This document shows positions 9,461 to 18,019 of a stretch of 27,357 nt of DNA, one piece after another. The translations under genes and the position numbers were made by a program. Numbering within the stretch: the first letter of the stretch is position 1; the number at the start of each line of letters is the position of its first letter. This stretch comes from Flavobacteriales bacterium (GTDB lineage Bacteria; Bacteroidota; Bacteroidia; Palsa-965), in assembly GCA_040377305.1 (NCBI GenBank), contig JBEIPA010000044.1:1-27357 (forward strand), written 5' to 3'. The notes below the pieces were generated by a model. It saw nothing but the letters and a program-made list of their open reading frames with translations, had not been told where the DNA came from and made no database searches.

Positions 9461-10405
9461 CTACTTCCTTCTCGGCTTCGCTTTCCGCAGATAAATCACC
9501 TGCCCCGCTTTCGGCTCACTTCCCGGCGCCATCTCATTATACTGATAAAGCTTCTTCAGCTTCACACCATACCGCTGAGAAATATCGAACATCGTCTCTC
9601 CCGGTCGTACCTGACATTTATCCTCTGCACAACGATTGCGTTTCGGTTGTATGTAAAGCATCTGTCCAGGCTTCAACGATGAATCTTTGTTCATGTCGTT
9701 GTACTTGTACAATTGCCATACGCCCATCTCCATCTCCTGCGCCAGCTTCATGAACGTATCATCCGACTTCACCACAACGAATTTTCGATTGTTGTTGAGG
9801 AATATCTGGCGATGCTGCATACCCACACCACTAACCGTTTTGTTTCCTTGCGGAGTTTGCGGTTCAACAGCTACCGGTGCGAGACCTTCGAGTTTATCGT
9901 ATTGGTTGAGCTTGTAACGTTCGATGATGTCAATCAGTCGCGAAGCATATTTCGGATCGGTGGCGTAACCCGCAGCCTTCAATCCGTTCGCCCAGCCTTT
10001 GTAGTCGGTGATTTTCAATTCGAACAACGAAGCGTAACGCGGACGTGTTTTCAGAAATTGAGAATGGTCGACATAAGAATCGTATGCGTCGCCGTACTTT
10101 CTGAAACACTCATCTTTGGTGTCATCGTCCTGCGTGTAGGTTTCACCAGTCCATTCTTTGTGACACTTAATTCCGAAATGGTTGTTCGCATAAACCGCAA
10201 GAGCACTGTTGCCGTTGTCCGACTCAAGCATTCCCTGCGCAAGCGTTATACTCGCGGGTACACGATAAAGCTGCATTTCCCGGATTGCATCGTCTTTGTA
10301 AGTCGCGATGTAATCATCCGGTGTATTCTTCTTTTCCGCTGGCTGAGCATACAGAACTGCCGCCGGAAAGGACAAAGCAATTGCTAAAACGATCAGTCGT
10401 TTCAT
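9461..10405 (-). CDS. glucosaminidase (GH73) domain plus two LysM domains, peptidoglycan hydrolase
   Basis: Signal peptide. GH73 motifs PASITLAQGMLES, NNHFGIKC and GYATDPKYA. Two LysM repeats (VVKSDDTF...; VRPGETMFDISQRYGV). Confidence 0.95.
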   Translation of the reverse strand: MKRLIVLAIALSFPAAVLYAQPAEKKNTPDDYIATYKDDAIREMQLYRVPASITLAQGMLESDNGNSALAVYANNHFGIKCHKEWTGETYTQDDDTKDECFRKYGDAYDSYVDHSQFLKTRPRYASLFELKITDYKGWANGLKAAGYATDPKYASRLIDIIERYKLNQYDKLEGLAPVAVEPQTPQGNKTVSGVGMQHRQIFLNNNRKFVVVKSDDTFMKLAQEMEMGVWQLYKYNDMNKDSSLKPGQMLYIQPKRNRCAEDKCQVRPGETMFDISQRYGVKLKKLYQYNEMAPGSEPKAGQVIYLRKAKPRRK

Positions 10406-10630
10406 GGTGACACAAATTGGGACGAGACAAAACTAATTTTAGATCAGCAAGTCAATTTGTGCCATCATGGGGATGTTTGAACAGCGATTTGTTAATAGGA
10501 ACGCGATTACGTGTATAAAATTGGCCTTAACAACACCTGAATACCAATTGACTGAATAAACGTTGGGCAATCCTAAGAAAGTGAGATTGAAGACTCAATA
10601 TCTGTGAATTCAGTTTCAACAACAATGTCT

Positions 10631-10921
10631 TCAGTCTTTCTTTCTAAACGTTGCAGCGAACCCACCGATGGAAACTGCCAGTAAAGTAGCGCCCGTTTTA
10701 TAAAGTTGCACCTCGTGCTGAAAACAGAAAATAGTAATGAGACCAAAGGCAATGAAAATTACACGTAGTACTATTATGTAAGTACGATTATGGGTACGAA
10801 AAGCAGAAATCATCAGCACACAAGCTATCACAATCAGCACGAGCATGATATTGGTACATATCCTGTCAATCGCACTTACTGCGTTACCAATTCCGTTACT
10901 CAGACCATCCATGAATGCCAT
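10631..10921 (-). CDS. small hypothetical membrane protein (about 3 TM helices)
   Basis: 96-aa ORF with three hydrophobic segments, co-oriented with its neighbours. TAATTTTG promoter motif 4 nt upstream of the ATG. Confidence 0.65.
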   Translation of the reverse strand: MAFMDGLSNGIGNAVSAIDRICTNIMLVLIVIACVLMISAFRTHNRTYIIVLRVIFIAFGLITIFCFQHEVQLYKTGATLLAVSIGGFAATFRKKD

Positions 10922-10949
10922 AGGACAAAATTAAATTCTGTACGCTGAT

Positions 10950-11816
10950 TCAATATTGATTGACAAACGCGTATCCCCCGGTGTGCACGAACAACACATT
11001 CTTCCCTCTGAAGGAGCCTGAATTTGCCATACGATGCAACGCAAAAAGTGCTTTCCCGGAATACACATGATCCAACGGTAAATCATACTGTGTTTTCATC
11101 GTTTGAATGAAAGCGGTCAGTTCATCTGATGTATTCGCATAACCGCCCAGCGTGAAGTCGTGGTATAAATCCCAGGAGCAGGAAACCTTCTCATACATCA
11201 TCTTTCTGATTTCATCTTCGAGATGATCCTTCGCAGATAATACCGCAATTCCGGAGACGTGCTGATGCGCTTTCGCAGTCTGAATGATTCCGGCAATCGT
11301 TGTTCCCGTTCCAACAGGCAAAACAAGTTCGTCAAACTTATCACATTCCGGCGTGAGAATTTCCAGGCATCCGCGCACGCCCTGATCTCCTCCTCCACCT
11401 TCGGGCACAACGTAAATCGTCCCGAACTGTTCAATGAAGTCAAGTGTCGATTCCGTTTCGTTTTTCTGCCGGTAATATCCGCGTGAAATAAAATGCAACT
11501 TCATTCCGCACTCGCTCGCAAACCGGAGAACAGAATTTGATCCGGCATTCAGTTCTTCTCCGCGTATGACACCAATCGTTGGAATGTTGTTCACCTTTCC
11601 TGCGTATGCCAACGCGGCAATGTGATTGGAATACGCTCCACCGAATGAAAGAATTGATCCGTCACCAATCATTCGAAAAACTTCAAGATGGTATTTCAGT
11701 TTATACGATTTATTTCCTCCTGCAACAGCATCAGGAAGATCTAATCGCAGGAATGAAAGCGACTTCACACCTGGAAAGAATTCTTCAACGAGATCTTTGG
11801 AAGCGTGCTGAATCAT
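10950..11816 (-). CDS. 1-aminocyclopropane-1-carboxylate deaminase / D-cysteine desulfhydrase family PLP enzyme
   Basis: GGNKSYKL (PLP lysine), SFGGAYSNH, IRGEE, VPEGG, PVGTGTTIAGI, PLDHVYSGK and VHTGG motifs. The start overlaps the upstream stop (TGATG). Confidence 0.93.
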   Translation of the reverse strand: MIQHASKDLVEEFFPGVKSLSFLRLDLPDAVAGGNKSYKLKYHLEVFRMIGDGSILSFGGAYSNHIAALAYAGKVNNIPTIGVIRGEELNAGSNSVLRFASECGMKLHFISRGYYRQKNETESTLDFIEQFGTIYVVPEGGGGDQGVRGCLEILTPECDKFDELVLPVGTGTTIAGIIQTAKAHQHVSGIAVLSAKDHLEDEIRKMMYEKVSCSWDLYHDFTLGGYANTSDELTAFIQTMKTQYDLPLDHVYSGKALFALHRMANSGSFRGKNVLFVHTGGYAFVNQY

Positions 11817-12943
11817 CAGTGTACGAAAGGATCAGAAAACTTCGGGTCGTTGATGAATGTTTGATCCGTAAGCGTGTTCAGAAAGGCAATCAACGCCTGC
11901 TTCTCGTATGCACTCATGTTCATCTGCACAGGAGGACCACCGATAGTAAGAGTTGTAGTGAGTCGATCATCCAGTGTGGGACTTGGCTGAACACCGCTGT
12001 TATAATGTTCGAGTACTTCTTCCATGGTGCGGAATCTTCCATCATGCATGTATGGAGCAGTGAGCATGATGTTGCGCAACGTGGGTACACGGAATCTTCC
12101 AATGTCATTCGGGTCTCCGGTAATCAAAGCAAGTCCGCTGTCTGTTGCGATGGACTCCAATCCATTGTTCCGCGGATCACGTTCGTAGAAGTTTTGTGTC
12201 GAGTGACAATGATTGCATGCAAATTGTCCGCTGAAAAAGAAATTCATTCCGTCATTTTCTTCCTGCGTGAAATTTGCAAAGCTGCTCGCTACACCTTGGT
12301 CATATTTCGAACGATATGAAATCATAGCACGGAGAAACTGCGCGAGTGCATAACGAATCCGTTGAACCGTAACAACGCGCGTTCCGAATGCTTTTTCGAA
12401 CAGTGGCGGATAATATGTTGCCGATACAACCCGACTCACCAGCAATGTTGTATCCATGCCCATCTCCAGTTCGTTCTCGATGGGCATGATGACTTGATTC
12501 TCCAAACCATTCACGCGTAAATCCCAGAAGAACGTTCTCGAGAAGCGAAGATTCACGATAGCCATTGCACTGCGATCAGTATGTCCACCCATGAATCCAG
12601 TGCTGAATGCGCCTGTATCCGCAAATGCATTCGATTGGTGATGACATGATGCACACGAAACGGTTTGATTCGCAGACAACGCCACATCGTAAAACAACAC
12701 GCGGCCTAAAGTCGCGCCCCAATTTGTTGTTGGATTGTAGGATGGTTCGGCATTCAGTACGTTCAACGGAGTAAAAAGCATATACTGCGGAATGCCTTGT
12801 ATATCGCCTACATAATCGTACGGATCAGCTGGCAAAAAAGGACCGGAACTTTCTGCGGGTGTAGGCTCCAACTCAGGATCACGCGTGCACTGTGTTATCA
12901 GCACAACACCAAACAGAATCGCTAAAACCCACCATTTTTTCAT
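11816..12943 (-). CDS. di-heme cytochrome c peroxidase family (bCcP/MauG superfamily), probable lipoprotein
   Basis: Two CxxCH motifs (CASCH, CNHCH). Family motifs LGRVLFYD, FFWDLR and FRVPTLRNI...TAPYMHDG. Signal peptide ends in LITQC. Confidence 0.93.
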   Translation of the reverse strand: MKKWWVLAILFGVVLITQCTRDPELEPTPAESSGPFLPADPYDYVGDIQGIPQYMLFTPLNVLNAEPSYNPTTNWGATLGRVLFYDVALSANQTVSCASCHHQSNAFADTGAFSTGFMGGHTDRSAMAIVNLRFSRTFFWDLRVNGLENQVIMPIENELEMGMDTTLLVSRVVSATYYPPLFEKAFGTRVVTVQRIRYALAQFLRAMISYRSKYDQGVASSFANFTQEENDGMNFFFSGQFACNHCHSTQNFYERDPRNNGLESIATDSGLALITGDPNDIGRFRVPTLRNIMLTAPYMHDGRFRTMEEVLEHYNSGVQPSPTLDDRLTTTLTIGGPPVQMNMSAYEKQALIAFLNTLTDQTFINDPKFSDPFVH

Positions 12944-13000
12944 TTGAATAATAGCTTACGAGCTACATCGCGATGTGTGTTTACCTTATTAGGGAAGCCA

Positions 13001-13696
13001 CTATTGCACAATCATTTTTCGTCTCGAAACGAAAACGTCATTACTGTATAGCGAGTAAAAATAGATTCCGGATGAAAGATTTCCCAGCGTTATTTCTCCC
13101 GCAGGATTATTTAATTGGTGTTCTGAAATTACTTTACCGGAAACATCAGTAACTACCAAAGTCCCATTCGCATCATTCAATGTATATCGAATAGTTGTTG
13201 AGCTGGAAAAAGGATTTGGGAAATTCTGAGAAAGGGCGTTTGTTGCTGAAGAATTATCATCAATTCCAATTGTAGAATTCGCGTGATAAAGAAATGTGAT
13301 CGTATCGGCATTTGCAGGATTGCCTGTTTCAAAAACCCTTACTCGTATCTGATTACTCCCCGCAATGCCCATAAAACCACATTGAACGTGGAGGTACGCA
13401 CTGTCGCCATTAGCTATAGTGCCCAATGAACCAGCGGATGGGACATAAGGAAAACATGCCGCATTCGTACACAACACCACATTCCATCCAGCAGGAGTAA
13501 TCGTATTACTAATAGTCTGAAAGCTCAAGGTTAAAGGAGAACCGGAATTGTTCCCGAGATAAATAAAATCCGAAGCCCAGTCAGAAACGGTATAGGTACC
13601 TTCAACGGAATCATTCGGTGTCGCCACGAATGTTTGCGCATTCGCAGCACCAGCCACTACGAAAAATAAAGTCAGACAGATAGCACACTTTTTCAT
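13001..13696 (-). CDS. T9SS type A sorting domain-containing protein
   Basis: Start reassigned to MKKCAIC (ATG at 13696), which gives a signal peptide. C-terminal QNFPNPF...SGIYFYSL...RKMIVQ T9SS CTD. Confidence 0.9.
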   Translation of the reverse strand: MKKCAICLTLFFVVAGAANAQTFVATPNDSVEGTYTVSDWASDFIYLGNNSGSPLTLSFQTISNTITPAGWNVVLCTNAACFPYVPSAGSLGTIANGDSAYLHVQCGFMGIAGSNQIRVRVFETGNPANADTITFLYHANSTIGIDDNSSATNALSQNFPNPFSSSTTIRYTLNDANGTLVVTDVSGKVISEHQLNNPAGEITLGNLSSGIYFYSLYSNDVFVSRRKMIVQ

Positions 13697-13715
13697 TGGA
13701 GAAAGGTAAGGAAAA

Positions 13716-13813
13716 AGTGGCAGCGGCAGTCGCAGTGGCAATCAGTAAACAGTATTCCGTTTTTAACCAATCCTGACTGAAAACTGACTGCAACTGCGAC
13801 TGCAACTGTGACT
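13716..13813. repeat. hexamer-periodic imperfect inverted repeat
   Basis: 38-nt arms at 13716-13753 and 13776-13813 match at 29 of 38 positions as reverse complements. They are built of (g)CAGTnn / ACTGnn units and lie between divergent genes. Confidence 0.8.
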
Positions 13814-13832
13814 TCCCGTAACGTCGATTTGC

Positions 13833-13840
13833 TACCTTTG
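13833..13840 (+). promoter_or_regulatory. Bacteroidota primary-sigma -7 element (TACCTTTG)
   Basis: Exact TAnnTTTG match 5 nt upstream of the ATG at 13846. Confidence 0.7.
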
Positions 13841-13845
13841 TTACG

Positions 13846-14034
13846 ATGTCGTTGCTAAGCGAACTGGACAAAGACGATTACTACTTTTCACCCGAAGGCT
13901 ACGTGGTGTTCACAGCGAAATATCTTCTAAAGAGAGGTTATTGCTGTCAGAATGGTTGCAAACATTGTCCGTACGGTTACAACAAAAAAACAGGACGTTT
14001 CGATACCAAAAAAGACGATGGGATTTCTGAGTAA
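13846..14034 (+). CDS. DUF5522 small Cys-rich protein
   Basis: DYYFSPEGYVVFTAKYLLKRGYCCQNGCKHCPY signature. Confidence 0.88.
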   Translation: MSLLSELDKDDYYFSPEGYVVFTAKYLLKRGYCCQNGCKHCPYGYNKKTGRFDTKKDDGISE

Positions 14035-14608
14035 TTTATTCGGCAGCAAAACTCCGCAAGCAGAACTGCCGTCTGCAGAAGTTTACATGCGTCGCGAATA
14101 CGTGGATAATTTGTTGCTGGAGCAACTTCACACCGGAAAAGTCATGCTGATTACTTTTTTTCAGGCTACACAACAACAACTCATCGGACGTTGCACAAAT
14201 CCTGAACTACAGAAAAACATAGTTCAGTATAATGATGCATTCACCATTACAGAACTGACTGCAGTCAAAACATTTCTCTCATCACCCGATCGAAGCGTTT
14301 TTTTGGTGGAGCGATATCCGTTATCAAAAAAAGAAACGGATCTCATTCAGCAATTGCGTCAGTACGGAATTCCGCATCCAGTATATGGGTTTTGTGCATT
14401 GGACGATGAACTTATAATGCGTTTTGGCGGTGAAAGAATCATCAAACTGATGCAAAACCTGGGCATGTCGGAAACGGAAGTCATCCGACACAATATGATT
14501 ACCACTTCGATTCAGAATGCTCAGAACAAAACGCAGAAGAAAATTAACTATGAACAGCAGGCCAAAAGTGCAGCTGATTGGTATCGTCTGAACTTCCCGC
14601 AGTCATAA
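14018..14608 (+). CDS. hypothetical protein resembling the SecA NBD2/IRA2 to scaffold region
   Basis: Start reassigned to MGFLSNLFG (14018), giving 196 aa. The C-terminal ALDDELIMRFGGERIIKLMQNLGMSETEVIRHNMITTSIQNAQNK resembles SecA SLEDDLMRxFGSERI...HxMITKSIExAQKK. Confidence 0.7.
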   Translation: MGFLSNLFGSKTPQAELPSAEVYMRREYVDNLLLEQLHTGKVMLITFFQATQQQLIGRCTNPELQKNIVQYNDAFTITELTAVKTFLSSPDRSVFLVERYPLSKKETDLIQQLRQYGIPHPVYGFCALDDELIMRFGGERIIKLMQNLGMSETEVIRHNMITTSIQNAQNKTQKKINYEQQAKSAADWYRLNFPQS

Positions 14609-14613
14609 CTTTG
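14606..14613 (+). promoter_or_regulatory. Bacteroidota -7 element (TAACTTTG) for hutU
   Basis: Exact TAnnTTTG match that shares the upstream TAA stop codon, 6 nt before the ATG at 14620. Confidence 0.65.
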
Positions 14614-14619
14614 TACTAT

Positions 14620-16641
14620 ATGAGTCCACAAGAGTTTAAAAAACATATCCTCACCGGCATTCCTGCAGAACTTCCTGCTGCAAAAGCTTTTGATACCACG
14701 CTCAATCACGCACCGAAACGTAAAGACATACTTTCTCCTGCCGAGAAGAAACTCGCGATCAGAAATGCATTGCGTTATTTCCCTTCAAAACACCACGCTG
14801 TACTCGCTAAGGAATTTGCCGAAGAGCTGAAGACATACGGACGCATTTACATGTATCGCTATCGTCCCGACTACAAAATTTACGCGCGTCCAATTCACGA
14901 TTATCCTTTCGAGTGTGTTCAGGCTGGTGCGATCATGCACATGCTTTCAAACAATCTGGATTATGCAGTTGCTCAACATCCGCATGAACTGATTACGTAT
15001 GGCGGAAACGGTGCCGTGTTCCAGAACTGGGCGCAGTACTTGCTCACCATGCAGTACCTCGCAACAATGAAGGATGATCAGACATTGGCGTTGTACTCAG
15101 GTCATCCAATGGGATTGTTCCCTTCGCATAAAGATGCTCCGCGTGTAGTTGTTACGAATGGCATGATGATTCCGAATTATTCCAAACCAGATGATTGGGA
15201 AAAATTCAATGCCCTCGGCGTAACACAGTACGGACAAATGACTGCCGGTTCTTTCATGTACATCGGTCCGCAGGGAATTGTGCACGGGACAACAATTACG
15301 GTGATGAATGCCGCACGAAAGATTTCAACGAGCGAAGAAGATCGTAAGGGAAAGCTATTTGTGACATCGGGGCTTGGTGGAATGAGTGGTGCGCAACCGA
15401 AAGCAGGGAAAATTTCCGGATTGGTTGCTGTTGTTGCTGAGATCAACGCGAAAGCAACGCAGACACGACATTCGCAAGGCTGGGTAGATGAAGTTTATTC
15501 TGATCTGAATGAACTCATCGCACGCATACGAAAAGCGCAAGCTGCCAAAGAAGGAATTTCTCTGGCGTATCAGGGCAACGTTGTTGATCTCTGGGAGAAA
15601 CTCGTTGAAGAAAAAGTGAAGGTAGACATTGGTAGCGATCAAACCTCGTTGCACAATCCGTGGGCAGGTGGATATTACCCGGTTGGTTATTCGCTCGAAG
15701 AATCCAACAAACTCATGGCGGAGAATCCAATGAAGTTTGGTGATGCTGTGCGTTCTTCCTTGCGTCGACATGCTGAAGCTGTTGGTAAACTTGCAGATGA
15801 TGGAATGTATTTCTTCGATTACGGAAACGCGTTTCTTCTGGAAGCCGCACGTGCCGGAGCACCAATTAAGAACGAAGACGGCACATTCCGCTATCCTTCA
15901 TACGTGCAGGACATTCTTGGTCCGATGTGTTTCGATTACGGTTTCGGTCCTTTTCGTTGGGTGTGTACATCCGGCGATTCAAAAGATCTTGCAGTAACCG
16001 ATGAACTTGCATTGGAAGTACTGAAAGATATGCATGCAAATTCTCCGGATGAAATCAAGCAACAGCTTAGCGATAACATCACGTGGATCCAGGATGCAAT
16101 GCACAACAATCTCGTTGTAGGTTCGCAAGCAAGAATCCTGTACGCAGATGCAGAAGCGCGCATTCGTATCGCCTCTGCAATGAACAGCGCAATCAAAAGC
16201 GGAAAAGTTTCTGCTCCAATCGTACTCGGACGTGATCACCACGATGTATCGGGAACAGATTCTCCGTACCGCGAAACATCAAACATTTACGACGGCTCTG
16301 CTTTCACTGCAGATATGGCTGTTCAGAATTTTGTCGGTGACGGATTCCGCGGTGCAACTTGGATTTCATTGCACAACGGTGGCGGTGTTGGCTGGGGCGA
16401 AGTAATCAACGGCGGTTTCGGAATGGTTCTCGACGGAACGGAAGATTCAGAACGTCGTTTGCAATCGATGCTGTTCTGGGATGTCAACAACGGAATTGCC
16501 CGTCGCAGTTGGGCGCGCAATAAAGAAGCGATGTTTGCAGCAGAACGTGAAATGCAACGCACTCCAAATCTGAAAGTAACGATGCCGAATTTGGTTGATG
16601 ATTCGTTGCTCGATGAGGTGATGTCAGGATCCCAATCCTGA
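14620..16641 (+). CDS. hutU: urocanate hydratase (long form)
   Basis: Motifs ELITYGGNG, YGQMTAGS, GPQGIVHGT, GLGGMSGAQP, SDQTSLHNP, FDYGN, GRDHHDVSG and LHNGGGVGWG. Start reassigned to the ATG at 14620. Confidence 0.97.
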   Translation: MSPQEFKKHILTGIPAELPAAKAFDTTLNHAPKRKDILSPAEKKLAIRNALRYFPSKHHAVLAKEFAEELKTYGRIYMYRYRPDYKIYARPIHDYPFECVQAGAIMHMLSNNLDYAVAQHPHELITYGGNGAVFQNWAQYLLTMQYLATMKDDQTLALYSGHPMGLFPSHKDAPRVVVTNGMMIPNYSKPDDWEKFNALGVTQYGQMTAGSFMYIGPQGIVHGTTITVMNAARKISTSEEDRKGKLFVTSGLGGMSGAQPKAGKISGLVAVVAEINAKATQTRHSQGWVDEVYSDLNELIARIRKAQAAKEGISLAYQGNVVDLWEKLVEEKVKVDIGSDQTSLHNPWAGGYYPVGYSLEESNKLMAENPMKFGDAVRSSLRRHAEAVGKLADDGMYFFDYGNAFLLEAARAGAPIKNEDGTFRYPSYVQDILGPMCFDYGFGPFRWVCTSGDSKDLAVTDELALEVLKDMHANSPDEIKQQLSDNITWIQDAMHNNLVVGSQARILYADAEARIRIASAMNSAIKSGKVSAPIVLGRDHHDVSGTDSPYRETSNIYDGSAFTADMAVQNFVGDGFRGATWISLHNGGGVGWGEVINGGFGMVLDGTEDSERRLQSMLFWDVNNGIARRSWARNKEAMFAAEREMQRTPNLKVTMPNLVDDSLLDEVMSGSQS

Positions 16642-16794
16642 CACAGCGAAGATCGAGACTTGCAACGATTCGGTGGTTATCGAGGAAAACTGTTTCTCTT
16701 TCTCCACACTCCAGATTTTTTTAACGCGATTTCCTTCTGTTTTCCACTGGAACAAATGTTGCAACACGTTCTTGTGAAGCAATCCAGAGGAGCC

Positions 16795-17823
16795 ATGAAA
16801 ACATACATCATCGCTGCGTTGGCAGCACTCATTTCCACTTCCGTATCAGCCGCAGCACCCGATTCGCTCGGTCTGCCCGGCGACGGACTTGATCTTCGCG
16901 CGACACTGAATCTTTTCAAAGAATCAAAATCGCCCGAAGAGTTTGAGAAGAAACTCAACAACAAAGACAATCACATCAACAACCTCGATCTCAACAAGGA
17001 TGGAAAAGTTGATTACATCCGTGTACATGATATTTCGAAAGACAATGTTCACGCGATTGTACTTCAGGTGCCTGTTAACGCCGATGAATCACACGACGTT
17101 GCTGTAATTGAAATCGAGAAACGCGGCGATGAGTCTGCTGCAATTCAGATTGTAGGCGATGTTGAATTGTACGGCGAAGAATACGTTGTGCAGCCAAAAC
17201 CGGAAAAGGAAAAATCTGCAGACGATAAATTCAAACACTTCAGCAATAATCAGATTGCGTATGTCAATGTGTGGTACTGGCCATGCGTGCATTATGTGTA
17301 CGCGCCATCTTATGTGGTTTGGGTTTCACCATGGTATTGGTCATACTATCCGATGTGGTGGAATCCCTGGGCGCCGTATCCGTACTATACTTACTACGGA
17401 TGGAATTACGGTTACTACGATTACTATTACTGCTGTGCGCCGGTTTATGTTTTGCCCAATGCACCGGAAGTTTATGCACCACGTCGTGTAGTATCACAAA
17501 CAATTGTGCAGAATAATCAGGGTGGTCGAAATGCCAATGGTGGAACGCGACCAAATCAAACCGTTGATCCGGCACCGCAAGAAGTTCCTCGCGATCAATC
17601 GCGACCAACACCACAACAGAAAAATGATCCGCAGCCCGCACCGCAACAACAACGAGGTGGTGATGTAACTCCAACACCACAACCATCTCCCCAACCGGTT
17701 CCGCAACCAAGTCCACGCCCGCAACCGCGACCTGAAGTACGTCCAATGCCGCGACCAATGCCTGCACCGGCTCCAGCACCGAGAACAATGCCAACGCCGA
17801 GACCGATGCCGCGACCGAGGTAA
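16795..17823 (+). CDS. secreted hypothetical protein with an EF-hand-like loop, a Tyr/Trp-rich segment and a Pro/Gln/Arg-rich tail
   Basis: Start at MKTYII (16795), preceded by GAGGAG, with a signal peptide. DLNKDGKVD is a DxDxDG-type Ca-binding loop. It is followed by a YxW-rich block and a PQP/PRPM low-complexity C-terminus. Confidence 0.85.
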   Translation: MKTYIIAALAALISTSVSAAAPDSLGLPGDGLDLRATLNLFKESKSPEEFEKKLNNKDNHINNLDLNKDGKVDYIRVHDISKDNVHAIVLQVPVNADESHDVAVIEIEKRGDESAAIQIVGDVELYGEEYVVQPKPEKEKSADDKFKHFSNNQIAYVNVWYWPCVHYVYAPSYVVWVSPWYWSYYPMWWNPWAPYPYYTYYGWNYGYYDYYYCCAPVYVLPNAPEVYAPRRVVSQTIVQNNQGGRNANGGTRPNQTVDPAPQEVPRDQSRPTPQQKNDPQPAPQQQRGGDVTPTPQPSPQPVPQPSPRPQPRPEVRPMPRPMPAPAPAPRTMPTPRPMPRPR

Positions 17824-18019
17824 GTAAAATCAACCCCGCAAGCGTTTAACTCCTGCAGGGTTATGCGCGCACGCGAGTTACAACATCAACTCCGCCCTAG
17901 ACGGCCAAAAGGAATCCTTCGGAGTAACAAGCATTTGAAAACGCATAAATTCCTCGTCTTTTCATATCGGAACTACATGGCACATATATTGCAATAATTG
18001 TGCGCCTTAAAACCAACCC

